Positions 1 to 22,691 of a DNA stretch of 64,000 nucleotides are shown one piece after another. Made by a program: the position numbers and the translations under genes. The notes under the pieces were generated by a model, which worked only from the letters and a program-made list of their open reading frames with translations, had not been told where the DNA came from and searched no databases. The DNA is from Gekko japonicus (Eukaryota). The stretch's first letter is position 1, and each line of letters starts with the position of its first letter. Where the stretch lies: assembly GCF_001447785.1 (NCBI RefSeq), contig NW_015177070.1, positions 73,640-137,639 on the forward strand. The letters run 5' to 3'.

Positions 1-105
1 CTTGAAGACTGCCAATTGGGGGGGGGGACTCACCACCGCCCCCCCACCGCCCCCAGGGCAGCCCATGCCACTGCGGCAGGATTCTGACTGTCAAAAGGTT
101 AGATC

Positions 106-2620
106 ATAAGAGACGCCAGTGTTGGATCAGGCCAAAGGCCCATCCAGTCCAACACTCTTCTGTGTCACACAGTGGCCAGAAATACCAGGTGCCATCAGGA
201 GGTCCAGCAGTGGGGCCAGGACATTAGAAGCCCTCCCACTGTTGACCCCCCCCCCCCAAGCACCAAGAAGACAGAGCATCACTTGCCCCAGAGCCCCTAG
301 CTATACCTTGTGGCTAATAGCCACTGATGGACCTCTGCTCCATATGCTTATCTAATTCCCTTTTGAAGCCGTCCATGCTTGTAGCACCCACCACTTCCTG
401 TGGCAGTGAATTCCATGTGTTAATCACTCTTTGGGTGAAGAAGTACTTCCTTTTATCCGTTCTAACCCGACCGCTCTGCAGTTTCATGGAGTGCCCACGA
501 GTTCTTGTATTGTGAGAAAGGGAGAAAAGTACCTCTTTCTTTACCTGCTCTTTCCCATGCATAATCTTATAAACCTCGATCATGTCACCCCTCAGTCGTC
601 TTTTCTCCAAGCTAAAGAGCCCTAAGCGCTTTAACCTTTCCTCATAGGGAAAGTGTTCCAACCCTTTTATCATTCGAGTTGCCCTTTTCTGCACTTTTTC
701 CAAAGCTATAATATCCTTTTTAAGGTGTGGTGCCCAGAACTGCACACAGTATTCCAAATGAGGTCTCACCATTGATTTATATAGGGGCATTATTATATTG
801 GCTGATCTGTTTTCAATACCCTTCCTAATAATCCCCAGCATAGCATTGGCCTTCTTTATTGCAGTCACACACTGTCTCGACATTTTCAGTGAGTTATCCA
901 CTACAACTCCAAGATCTCTCTCTTGCTCAGTCTCTGCCAGTTCAGACCCCATCAATGTGTATTTATATTTAGGATTTTTGGCTCCAATGTGCATCACCTT
1001 GCACTTGGCCACATTGAACCCCATTTGCCATGTTGACGCCCACTCGCCCATCCTTGACAGATCCCCTTGGAGTGCCTCACAATCCTCACTGGTTTTCACC
1101 ACCCTGAACAACTTTGTATCATCCGCAAATTTAGCCACTTCACTGCTTACTCCCATCTCCAAATCATTAATGAACAAGTTAAAAAGCAGTGGACCAAGTA
1201 CTGATCCCTGCGGTACCCCACTGCTTACCACCCTCCACTGAGAAAATTGCCCACCTACACTCACTCTCTGTTTTCTATGAACTAGCCAGTTTTTGATCCA
1301 TAAAAGGACTTGTCCTTCTATCCCATGATTTTTGAGCTTACTTAGGAGCCTTTGATGAGGAACTTTATCAAAAGCTTTCTGGAAGTCAAGGTAAATAATA
1401 TCTATTGGATCCCCCTTGTCCACATGTTTGTTCACCCCCTCAAAGAACACTAACAGGTTAGTGAGACAAGATCTTCCCTTACAGAAACCGTGCTGAGTCT
1501 GCCTCAATAGGTTTTGTTCATCTATGTGCCTACTAATTCTTTCCTTAATAATGGTTTCCACCAATTTACCCGGTATCGACGTCAGACTGACTGGCCTGTA
1601 ATTTCCCGGATCTCCTCTGGAACCCTTTTTAAAGATGGGAGTGACATTAGCTACCTTCCAATCCTCAGGAATGGAGGCAGATTTTAAGGAAAGATTACAT
1701 ATCTTTGTCAGGAGATCTACAAGTTCACATTTGAGTTCTTTCAGAACTCTCGGATGTATGCCATCTGGGCCTGGTGATTTTTCAGTTTTTAAGTTGTCTA
1801 TCAGTTTTAGGACCTCCTCTCTCGTCACCTCAATCTGACTCAGGTCTTTCAACACCCCTCCTGAAATCAGTGGTTCTGGAGTGGGCAAGCACTTCTCATC
1901 TTCCACAGTGAAGACGGAGGCAAAAAATGCATTTAGCTTCTCAGCCATTTCCCTATCATCCTTCAATACTCCTTTTACCCCTTGGTCGTCCAAGGGCCCC
2001 ACTGCCTCCCTGGCTGGTTTCCTGTTTCTAATGTATTTGAAGAAAGTTTTATTGTTGGTTTTTACGTTTTTTGCTATATGCTCCTCATATTCCCTTTTTG
2101 CCTGCCTGACCTCAGACTTGCATTTTATTTGCCATAGCCTGTGTTCCGTTTTATCAGCCTCACTGTGACTAGCTTTCCACTGCTTAAAGGAATTCTTTTT
2201 ACTTTTTACAGCCTCCATTACTCTGTTTGTTAACCATGCAGGCTTTTTCCTATACCTTTTTGTGCCTTTCCTAACCTGCGGAATATATATTTTTTGAGCT
2301 TCTAGGATCGTAGTTTTAAATAGATCCCAAGCTTCCCCAATTGTTTTGACCCTTTCTACTTTTCCTTTCAGTTTCCTCCCCACGTGTCCCCTCATATCAG
2401 AGAAATTACCCCTTTTAAAGTTAAAAATGGTTGTGTGAGTCTTTTTGGCCAATTCTCTATTTGTACAAATGATGAACTCAACAACATTATGATCACTGTT
2501 TCCAAGCGGTGCAATCACTTTTACATCTCTCACCAGGTCTTGAGTGTTACTTAGGACCAAATCAAGGATCGCCTCTCCCCTGGTAGGTTCCGTGACCATC
2601 TGCTCCATAGCACAGTCAAG
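106..2620 (-). mobile_element. CR1 LINE, 5'-truncated, with uninterrupted ORF2 (end of APE endonuclease plus reverse transcriptase) and 3' UTR
   Basis: ORF 314-2716 contains TRGEAILDLVL..SDH (end of APE), NYRPVSLTS, YLDFQKAFDKV, GVPQGSVLGPLLF, FADD and a typical CR1 C-terminus (RTRGHSMKL..FTQRVINTWNSLP). The 3' UTR (106-313) is shared with copies at 18256 and 39835. The first ~30 aa of the ORF call come from an adjacent SINE. Confidence 0.95.
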
Positions 2621-2656
2621 GTTCCCTAATTTACAGATGGCACCTTCCTGCCCTTT

Positions 2657-2790
2657 GAGCCCGTTGGGTGTAATGGTTAACTGAGGGGACTGGGAGAACC
2701 AGGTTTGATTCCCCACTCCTCCACTTGCAGCAGCTGTAAGCCCCTCTGAGACTCCAGGTGAAGAGGGCGGGGTATAAACCCAGTCTCCTC
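2657..2790 (+). mobile_element. Short degenerate tRNA-derived SINE (Squam3/Ther1-like)
   Basis: Head ggtgtaatggttaa..ggagaaccaggtttgattccccactcc and tail gggcggggtataaa match the full copy at 14262. Confidence 0.7.
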
Positions 2791-2794
2791 GTTC

Positions 2795-3885
2795 TTAATT
2801 TAAACCCATTATTGTGAGTCTTCTCCTCTGTTGCCAACAGCAACAGCTCCCTGCCTTCCTCTAATTGACAGCCCTTCAAATACTTGAATCATTTTGCCCC
2901 CTCTCCTCCAGATTAAAATTCCCAAGAAGTCCCCTCAGCCTGCCCTCATAGGACTTGGTCTCCAGGCCCCTGACCATCCTTGTTGCTCTCCTCTGCACAT
3001 GCTCCATTCTGCCCACATCCTTTTTCAAGTGAGGCCTCCACACCTGCACACAATACTCCACATGTGACCTGACCAGTCCACTGTACAGTGGGACTCTGAC
3101 ATCTTGTGATTTGGATGTTGTGCCTCTGTTGATACACCCCAACATTGCATTAGCCTTTCGTTGTAGCTGCATCACACTGGCTGCTCATATTTAGCCTTCG
3201 TCCACCCGTACCACAAGATCGTGTTCACACACAACACTACCCCATAAGTGTATCCCCCATCCAGTATGCGTGTTCCTCATTTTTGTTACCCAGACGTAGA
3301 ACTCGGGACTTATCCTTGTTAAATTGCATCTTGTTCAGATCTTGTCAAATTCTATATCTCCTGGTGTGTTCGCTGCTCCTCCCAATTTGGTGTCATCTGC
3401 AAAGTTAATGAGCAGCCCTTCCACACCCTCATCCAGATCATTTATAAAAAAAACTATTGAAAAGCACCGAGGCCCAGAACCGAGTCCTGTGGCACCCCAC
3501 TGGACACCTCCCTCCATTCAGATGAAGTGCCACTGACAACTACTCTCTGAGTGCAATTCTCCAACCAGTTCCCCGCCCACCTAACTATCCTAGAGTCCAG
3601 TCCACAGCCCTCTAGTTTACCCATCAGAACATCATGGGGATCCCTCTCAAAAGCTTTACTGGAGTCCAGGTAAACGTCATCAACAGCATTCCCTGGATCC
3701 AGTAAGCTCGTCACTCGATCGAAGGAGGAAATGAGATTGCTCTGGCAGGACCTCTTGGGGACAAATCCGTGCCGACTTCCCTGGTTCACCAAGTTGTCTT
3801 TTACATGTTCACAGATCAATCCCTTTAAAATCTGCTCCAGTATCTTTCCTGAGACAGAGGTCAGAGGGGCCTGTAGTTTCCTGGC
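2795..3885 (-). mobile_element. Older fragmented CR1 LINE RT
   Basis: Broken frames encode HGFVPKRSCQSNLISSFD, SGVPQDSVLG, NFADDTKLGG and RKANAMLGCINRG, with stops and frameshifts. Confidence 0.9.
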
Positions 3886-4354
3886 TCATTGCTCCTCCTT
3901 TTTTTGACAGCCATCTGGTTTCAAGTCACTCAGTGGCTGCTGGAAGGCCAAGGTCCCAATGTGTTCTCTCCCCCTCAAAAGGCCAAAACAGCCCTGGAAA
4001 CCCCCTCCCACTCCCGACGTTTACTGGGAAAAGGCAAGGCTCGAAAGCCTGGTGGCAGTAGTGTTGTGGTGGTTGCCGAGCAGAGGCCACTCCACTGAGG
4101 GCACTCAGTTCCGAAAGCTACAGGCCCTTTTCCTTTTTGCAAACCTAGGAGGACTTTTCTCAGGATTGCAGACAGACGTCTTTTGTCCATGCCTGGTCCC
4201 AACTGCTGGCTTTTAAGTACTGATTTACATCACCTACCTTTCTCACTGTGACTCAAGACAGATGGGGCCAGATTGAGAATTAGACATACTGATGAGGATG
4301 ATGTGAGGACAGGTCTAAAGCAGAAAAGAATAGAAAGAAAAAGCAGAGCTCTCC

Positions 4355-4360
4355 TTTATT
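4355..4360 (-). terminator. KARS1: KARS1 polyadenylation signal AATAAA
   Basis: tttatt on the + strand about 75 nt past the KARS1 stop. Confidence 0.65.
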
Positions 4361-4433
4361 CCTGACTGGGAAAATACAACAGTGTTCAAGCGCCCTAAAA
4401 GCCTCTCTTTTCCCTCCTGTGCATCCTGGTGGG

Positions 4434-15686
<11,253 letters not shown>

Positions 15687-15689
15687 CTG

Positions 15690-17110
15690 CCGGAAGAAAG
15701 GGGACGACAATAATCCGATTAAGCCTCGCTGCTGAAGATCGCATGGTCGTTCCACGGCAAAAGTCGAAGCGGGGCCGCGACCGCCGACCCCCCCCCCCGC
15801 GCCGGAAGTATCCCCCTTCTCCGACAGAGACCGGAAACCCCCGGGCAGGGGGGGGGGGGGGATCCGCCTGCACGGACACGCGGCCTCACTGAGCGGGCCC
15901 GCGCTGGCGCCAGGTCGGCTCCCGCGCCACGTGGCTGGCGCTTCCCCGGGCGGGCGGGCGGCGCGGCAGAGCCTCCCCCCCCCCCCCCCCCCCCCCCCCC
16001 CCGGGCCGGGCCNNNNNNNNNNNNNNNNNNNNNNNNNNNNNNNNNNNNNNNNNNNNNNNNNNNNNNNNNNNNNNNNNNNNNNNNNNNNNNNNNNNNNNNN
16101 NNNNNNNNNNNNNNNNNNNNNNNNNNNNNNNNNNNNNNNNNNNNNNNNNNNNNNNNNNNNNNNNNNNNNNNNNNNNNNNNNNNNNNNNNNNNNNNNNNNN
16201 NNNNNNNNNNNNNNNNNNNNNNNNNNNNNNNNNNNNNNNNNNNNNNNNNNNNNNNNNNNNNNNNNNNNNNNNNNNNNNNNNNNNNNNNNNNNNNNNNNNN
16301 NNNNNNNNNNNNNNNNNNNNNNNNNNNNNNNNNNNNNNNNNNNNNNNNNNNNNNNNNNNNNNNNNNNNNNNNNNNNNNNNNNNNNNNNNNNNNNNNNNNN
16401 NNNNNNNNNNNNNNNNNNNNNNNNNNNNNNNNNNNNNNNNNNNNNNNNNNNNNNNNNNNNNNNNNNNNNNNNNNNNNNNNNNNNNNNNNNNNNNNNNNNN
16501 NNNNNNNNNNNNNNNNNNNNNNNNNNNNNNNNNNNNNNNNNNNNNNNNNNNNNNNNNNNNNNNNNNNNNNNNNNNNNNNNNNNNNNNNNNNNNNNNNNNN
16601 NNNNNNNNNNNNNNNNNNNNNNNNNNNNNNNNNNNNNNNNNNNNNNNNNNNNNNNNNNNNNNNNNNNNNNNNNNNNNNNNNNNNNNNNNNNNNNNNNNNN
16701 NNNNNNNNNNNNNNNNNNNNNNNNNNNNNNNNNNNNNNNNNNNNNNNNNNNNNNNNNNNNNNNNNNNNNNNNNNNNNNNNNNNNNNNNNNNNNNNNNNNN
16801 NNNNNNNNNNNNNNNNNNNNNNNNNNNNNNNNNNNNNNNNNNNNNNNNNNNNNNNNNNNNNNNNNNNNNNNNNNNNNNNNNNNNNNNNNNNNNNNNNNNN
16901 NNNNGGCCGGGGGGGGGGGCCCTGCCGGCTTCCTCGCCGTGCCCCCCCCGCCCCTCTTTGCCTCGTGGCTCGGCTTGCCCGGGCCGCCGCCTGGGTGCGC
17001 TCGCGCTCTCCCTCTGTCTCTCCTCCCAGCGCTCCTGCCCATCCGCCTGGATACTCCCACCCACTCACTGTCCTCCCAGGCGAGACACACAGCAGGCGAT
17101 GCAGGCCTCT
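15690..17110. promoter_or_regulatory. CpG island spanning the KARS1/TERF2IP bidirectional promoter (core in N-gap 16013-16904)
   Basis: Dense CpG on both sides of the gap and an ETS motif CCGGAAGT at 15802-15809. The two genes diverge here, as in the known head-to-head KARS1-TERF2IP arrangement. Confidence 0.75.
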
Positions 17111-17928
17111 GGCCCCTTCCTCGAGCCCCTTTCTTCCCTGCCCTTTTAACTGCTCCTTCACTTGTGTGTTTCTCAGGCCTCGTGTCTTCCCTGCCTCCCT
17201 TCTTCAAGCACTTTGCCTCTGGAAGTCCTGCCCTTTAGCTTCCTCCCTTCCTGTGAGCGCTTTCCAATTCTTCGGCTTCTGACATAGTCCCACAACTCCT
17301 ATCCCTCGGGCTTGTGTGACATTTCCCAGGAGACCTTTTGTATACATCACATTCATTCCCCCCCCCCCCCAATATCTCATACGTAAATGTAGGAAACTGT
17401 AGCATTTGCTTGTTTACTTGATTTGTACCTTGCCTTTCTGCCCAATGGGGACCCAAAGTGATTTACATCATTTTTCTCATCTCCATTTTATCTTCACAAA
17501 CAACCCCATGAAGCAGGTTTAGCTTTAGAGTATATGATGAATGGTCCAAGGTCAGCCCAAAAGTTTCCATGGCAGTTTGAATTTGCACTCAGGTCTCACA
17601 GATCCTAATTTGGCACACGAACCAAGACATCATACTGGCACTCACAAAAAAAGTCTGCTTAGTTATTTTTCTGCCCTGAGCGCATCAGCTGGACCTGGTT
17701 TCCAGAGCTCCTGGTGATTTCTTCTTCACGGTCGCAAGGTGTGGTGGGACTGTTGTGCTGCAGCCTCAGCATGAGAGTGGTTAGATTTGAGCCTTAGAGA
17801 CCAACTGGATTTTCAGGGTAATTTTATGACTCTCTTGTTACACACCCACACAGCTACCGCCTGAAACCTGAGAGTGATAACTGTAGCTTGAGTCTTTTTT
17901 CCACTGTGAGTGCCCCTCTCTTTTACAG

Positions 17929-18047
17929 CATCATAAAGCAAGCAAACAATGGATGCACCCCAGCAAGAGGAGCAGAAGCGCACAGCAGAAGGATCAAAGG
18001 CACCTGGCATTTTCCAGCTGGCTAATCAAGAATTTGAAGACAATGAG
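17929..18047 (+). CDS. TERF2IP: TERF2IP (RAP1) exon 2, acceptor uncertain
   Basis: Polypyrimidine ttttacag acceptor; encodes ..GIFQLANQEFEDNE (cf. RAP1 ..ATREFEE); GAG|GTA donor in phase 0 matches exon 3. Contains an apparent in-frame TAA (see findings). Confidence 0.7.
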
Positions 18048-18255
18048 GTACTCATGCCTGTGCATGTCATCCACTCACTTGCTCTGCTTTTGTATTTGAC
18101 GCTGCAGGCTGTGGCCGCCGTATACTTTGTGTAGTTGAAATCCCTGCTAATTCCACCTTTCTACACAGAGAAAATGGACTAACTCCAGGAATATTTGAAT
18201 TGCTCTCTACAGTACCCTTGTTGTCTCTACAATATCTTTTGAGAGCTGGATGATC

Positions 18256-18590
18256 ATAAGAACATAAGGGAAGCCAGTGTTGGGTCAGGCCAATGGCCCA
18301 TCCAGTCCAACACTCTCTGTGTCACACAGTGGCCAAAAATATCAGGTGCCACCAGGAGGTCCAGCAGTGGGGCCAGGGCACTAGAAGCATCACTTTCCCC
18401 AGAGTTCCTATCTATACCTTGTGGCTTATAGCCACTGATGGTCCTCTGCTCCATATCCCTTTTGAAGCCGTCCATGCTTGTAGCCGCCACCACCTCCTGT
18501 GGTAGTGAGTTCCAAGTGTTAATCACTCTTTGGGTGAAGAAGGACTTCCTTTTATCCGTTCTAACCCGACCGCTCAGCATTTTCATGGAG
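18256..18590 (-). mobile_element. CR1 3' end fragment
   Basis: HSMKMLSGRVRTDKRKSFFTQRVINTWNSLPQ plus the same 3' UTR as 106-313, ending in cataagaacataag. Confidence 0.9.
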
Positions 18591-18669
18591 TGGGCTGAAT
18601 TCCATCTACCCTTCTCTGTCCTGATCACCTACTTGCTACTCTTCCATTCGCTTTCGCTTACAGACTAAA

Positions 18670-19983
18670 CAAGTGGGGACCCACCAGGACCTTGTGGGGG
18701 GGGGGGCAGCCATCCCATTTGCCTCACCATTGCTTTCCCCCTCCATACTGTCATTCCTTCTCTCTCTTTCTGTTTCTTTCTTTCCAATTCAGCCATGGCT
18801 ACTCTCCCNNNNNNNNNNNNNNNNNNNNNNNNNNNNNNNNNNNNNNNNNNNNNNNNNNNNNNNNNNNNNNNNNNNNNNNNNNNNNNNNNNNNNNNNNNNN
18901 NNNGCCATGGCTACTTTCTTCACCCCTCGCCCCAGGCATTCCTCCTCTGTCTCTTTCTTTCCATATCAGCCACAGCTGCTGCCCCCCCCCCACACACATG
19001 CTGTTATCTCTGTTCTCTCTCTCTCTGAAAAAGTGAGCAAGTGACTCAGGAAAGCTCATCCCCGACCACAAATGTTGTTAGTCTTTAAAGTGCTCCTGGT
19101 CTCTTACACTGTTTTACTTCTCTCTCTTTGTCTCTGTTCTTCTTTTAACGTCACCCGTGCTGTCAGTCTTTCCTCCCTCCCTCTGTGCCGTCACTACTCC
19201 TCCTCCCCCCGCTGCCCATCTGCCTGCCTCTGTTGCATTCCGGGACTCATGGGGGGGGTGGCTCCCCACCTGCTTGCCTTCCCAGGAAGCTGCTTCAGCT
19301 CTTGCCACGGAGGGCGGACGGGCACTGCTTCCCCCGTCCAACCTGCTGCCACCTTCCCTGGGACTGGGACTCCTCTGTCTGGCTGCTGCCACATCAGGAC
19401 TTGGCGGCTCCCCCTGATCTCTCCCAGGTCCCACCTCTGCCCAGCCATCTTTTCCCTCCAGCCACCATTAGGAGAGATGATCATTCCTCCCCTCGGCAAC
19501 GTTGCTGCATTTTTAAAATTTTTTAGTGTTCCCCCCCCCCCCTCGCCTTTTTTCTTTTTTTCAGTTTGGTGTGAGAACCAGTTTGGTGTAGTGGTTAAGT
19601 GCGCAGACTCTAATCTAGGAGAACTGTGTTTGATTCCCCCACTCCTCCTCCACATGCAGCTGCTGATGTGGTTGTGGGTCAGTCATAAGTCCTTTCAGAA
19701 CGGTTCTCTCAAGGACAATCCTTGAGAGAGTTCTCTCACCCCCACCCACCTCACAGGGTGTCTTCTGTTGTGGGGAAGGGGAGTTTGTAAGCCGCTCTGA
19801 GACTCCTCCTTCGGGTAGTGAAGGGCCATGGGGGGTATAGATCCAGTCTCTTCCCTTTCTCCTCCTTTCAGATTTTTCTGCAGCCCTGGTAGTCCGCAGA
19901 GTTTGCAAGGAAGTTTTACTTCTTTGTGAGTGGGCCTGATCCATGGATTTAATTATCCACAGATTTGGCTATTAGTATATAGA
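18670..19983 (-). mobile_element. Putative non-autonomous Helitron in TERF2IP intron 2
   Basis: On the minus strand: A|TCTATATACTAAT... 5' end and CCCACAAG-GTCC-TGGTGGG hairpin then TCCCCACTTG|T 3' end. No TSD. Shares its 3' end with 37424-39096. Confidence 0.6.
19572..19865 (+). mobile_element. Squam3/Ther1-like SINE nested in the putative Helitron
   Basis: Near-colinear with the copy at 14262. Confidence 0.85.
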
Positions 19984-21189
19984 TTGTCTATGATACCATA
20001 ATATAGAAAGATCAGCATTGGCATTTTCGTAGGTTCTGTACTTCATATTACAGCAAGTTGTAAAAGGTGTCTTGCTTCTTTAGAGAAGTTTTCTTTCACG
20101 ATCTTTTCTGTCCCCATCTTCCACCCTGTGTTTGCCATGTAGTTCATTCCTGCCCTTCTCCCTTGGGATGGTGAGCAGGTGTTGCCCAGCACACTGGTGC
20201 TGACTCAGTCTGTTTGGGAGCTACCTGTGGCTCTTTTGAGCACCATTCCCCCAAGTCCTGTTTGCCGTCGCTCCGTGGGGCTTGTGGTTGGCAGAGTGGT
20301 CTCCGTGCTGAAACAGCTGTTGCTGGAGGACAGGGAAGCTGCAAGCCCCGTGCCAGGCATGGGAATACAGGGCCCAGCAACCTCGTCCCCTTCTCCTCAG
20401 CCTCTGTGTTCTCATTCCAGAACCCAGGAAGCTGCCAGGAAGAGAGCAAGCTGGCCGCAGAGGAGAGAGAGAGAGACAGAGAGTAAAACCACACCGCCAC
20501 GCAAGGGTTAGGGTGGAGCCAGCGTGCTCTCCTCTGGGTGCCTTGGCAGCCTTCCTCTTTCCTGGGGACAGCATGAGATGGCTGAGAGAGAGGCAGAGGG
20601 CGTGCAGGCTCCCCCCTGCTCCGCTTGTGAAGAGAGGTTTCCCAACGCTTCTGGCCAGCTCACAGCAGGCTCCTGCGGTGGGAAGCCTTGAATAGCCGTT
20701 GCTTTTTCCTCCGTCGTGAGGCAGAAGGCCTTGGCTACTCATTCTCCCCTGAGCGGCAGCCCTCGTGCCGAGGAATGGGAAGTCAGCGTGCCCAGGTGGC
20801 TTCCCACGGCAGAAGCCTGCTCTGAGTCCACCTGCAGCGTTGGCTTGGTCCAGCCGCAGCAAGCTCCTGCGGTGGGAAGCCCGTGTGCCCTCTGCTCCCA
20901 TCTCTGCCTTCTCCCTCCCTCCCTCCCAGGCATGAGGCAGAGCAAGCTCCTGGCCAGACCCAACTGAGTGGGCTCTGCAAAGAAAAGCGTCCTTCCCTTG
21001 CAGAGCCCGCACGTGGTAGCTGTTTTGGTTGATGGTGTAATTATGAATGTGGCTGTCGGCGAGCTGTGCTGCAGGTACCTCTGGTGCAGCATATCCTGGG
21101 GACAGGGGACAGCACTGTTCTGAACCCCATTGAGAAATAGCCTATCAGAGGTGTTCATTCTGAAATGTTCTTCATCTGCTCCCTTCTAG

Positions 21190-21648
21190 TGGGAAAGCGA
21201 GAGCGCCAGCCCTTCAGGGGACATGCTCCCAAAACACCCTGAACCCCGAACGTCGGAAGCAGCATCAGTAAGTCCCAAAGTCCGGGTGCGAGAGCAGCTG
21301 CCCAGTCAAGATTCTGATATCCCTCAGAGCCCGTTTCTGGGGGGAGACCAGCCTTCCGGGCCCTCCTCTGAGCAGGTGGCAGCGGCAGTTGAGGACATGA
21401 GACGTTTCGCGGAAGAGTTCGGAGTGGACCTGGCAACCGTGACTCAAGCTTTTCTGAAAACCAGCGGGGATGTCACAGCTGTGGCCCGCTGTCTGCAGAC
21501 TGGCCCGCACTCAGAGGGCTGCCCGCCTCTTTGGACCAGGCAGGATGACTCAGACTTGCTGACAGGTGATGATTACCTCAGAAGCAAGCTCATCGCCAAA
21601 TATGGAGAAGAGAGCGTGAACAGACGAGTGGCGTTCAGGAAGAGCTAG
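21190..21648 (+). CDS. TERF2IP: TERF2IP (RAP1) last exon, RCT domain
   Basis: ttctag acceptor, phase 0. DLATVTQAFLKTSGD..LWTRQDDSDL..LIAKYGEESVNRRVAFRKS* matches the RAP1 C-terminal TRF2-binding domain. Confidence 0.93.
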   Translation, partial: WESESASPSGDMLPKHPEPRTSEAASVSPKVRVREQLPSQDSDIPQSPFLGGDQPSGPSSEQVAAAVEDMRRFAEEFGVDLATVTQAFLKTSGDVTAVARCLQTGPHSEGCPPLWTRQDDSDLLTGDDYLRSKLIAKYGEESVNRRVAFRKS

Positions 21649-21904
21649 CTTGTAGGAAGTGTGTTTTGTGGGATATGAAACTCTCCTTTCTGGGAGGCAG
21701 TGGGCAATTTTGGGTAATGGCGGTTTGCCACGCCAGGTGCCAAGGCCAAGAACTTGCATCTTAATCTCTGTCTTGACTGAAATGACGGTTGGGGCAAGTG
21801 AGGCTGCCGTTATGCTGACTGCATGGAACGCTACCCCTCTGCCCCCTTCAGGTTACTTCTTCTTCTAATCATGATGGCAGCTGCTTACTTGTCTTTGAGC
21901 AGCC

Positions 21905-21910
21905 AATAAA
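21905..21910 (+). terminator. TERF2IP: TERF2IP polyadenylation signal AATAAA
   Basis: First AATAAA about 260 nt after the stop. Confidence 0.6.
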
Positions 21911-22613
21911 ACTGTCGGAATCTGTCCTCTTTTCACAACATGGAAGCGCAGCTGTGTTTCAGTCTCTGCTGGCAACTGCATCTTGTGCCTTTCTTCGCAG
22001 TGTGAGCAGGGCCTTTACCGGCTACCTGCCAAAGAACTTGGAATCCGCCGTTTCTCATCCAGTCAACTCAGCGGTCAGCAGATTGTGGCTGGCTGAATTC
22101 CTGATGAGCACAGAGTTTAAAGCACCAGCACAGTTTGCTGCCCACACTGGGGANNNNNNNNNNNNNNNNNGTTGGGTTAAAATTGTGCTTGCTGGTCTTC
22201 CAGAGCTTTTCATATTCCCCTCTTCAAACCTTTTCAGAACTTTGGCCCTCGTCACTGCCAGTGTTACAGCACTGATCTACCTCTTGGTCTTTCCAGAAAC
22301 AAATTTTTCCCCATTCTTGCAGTATCTGCAGTTGGAGTGGGAACGTGCAGAGAAAAGGCCTGTGATATTAAACGTTGGGAGAGCAAAACAGCCCTTTCCT
22401 CTTCTCAAAGAACTGGATGCTCTTGCTCCCTACAGGAGACCTTCTCGTCTGGCCTGCGGGAGGGAAGTGCTGCGTGTGCTCCCTCGTTCTTCAGCAATAT
22501 CATACAGGGCTTCAGCAGCTGTTGAAGCCCCCAGACTGCACCTGGGAAACCTGGAGTGCAGAGACAGAATCAGTCATTTCCCTCAGATTGTGAAAGGCTG
22601 CTATCAGCCCTGG

Positions 22614-22691
22614 TTGTGCTCCGGCTAAAGATCTTGTGGGGATCCTGGAATCTTGTGCTCCAGCTAAAGATCTTGTGGGGATCCTGGAATC
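22614..22691. repeat. 39-bp tandem duplication
   Basis: ttgtgctccrgctaaagatcttgtggggatcctggaatc x2, one mismatch. Confidence 0.9.

Noticed and set aside
15890-16012. Possible KARS1 upstream exon ending at a GTGAGG donor (15889)
   Set aside because: The phase-0 peptide (..[10 protein letters not shown]) does not resemble the conserved ..DPN exon, and no acceptor or start is visible.
21954-22628. 224-aa ORF downstream of TERF2IP
   Set aside because: Non-ATG start, crosses an N-gap, no homology recognised.
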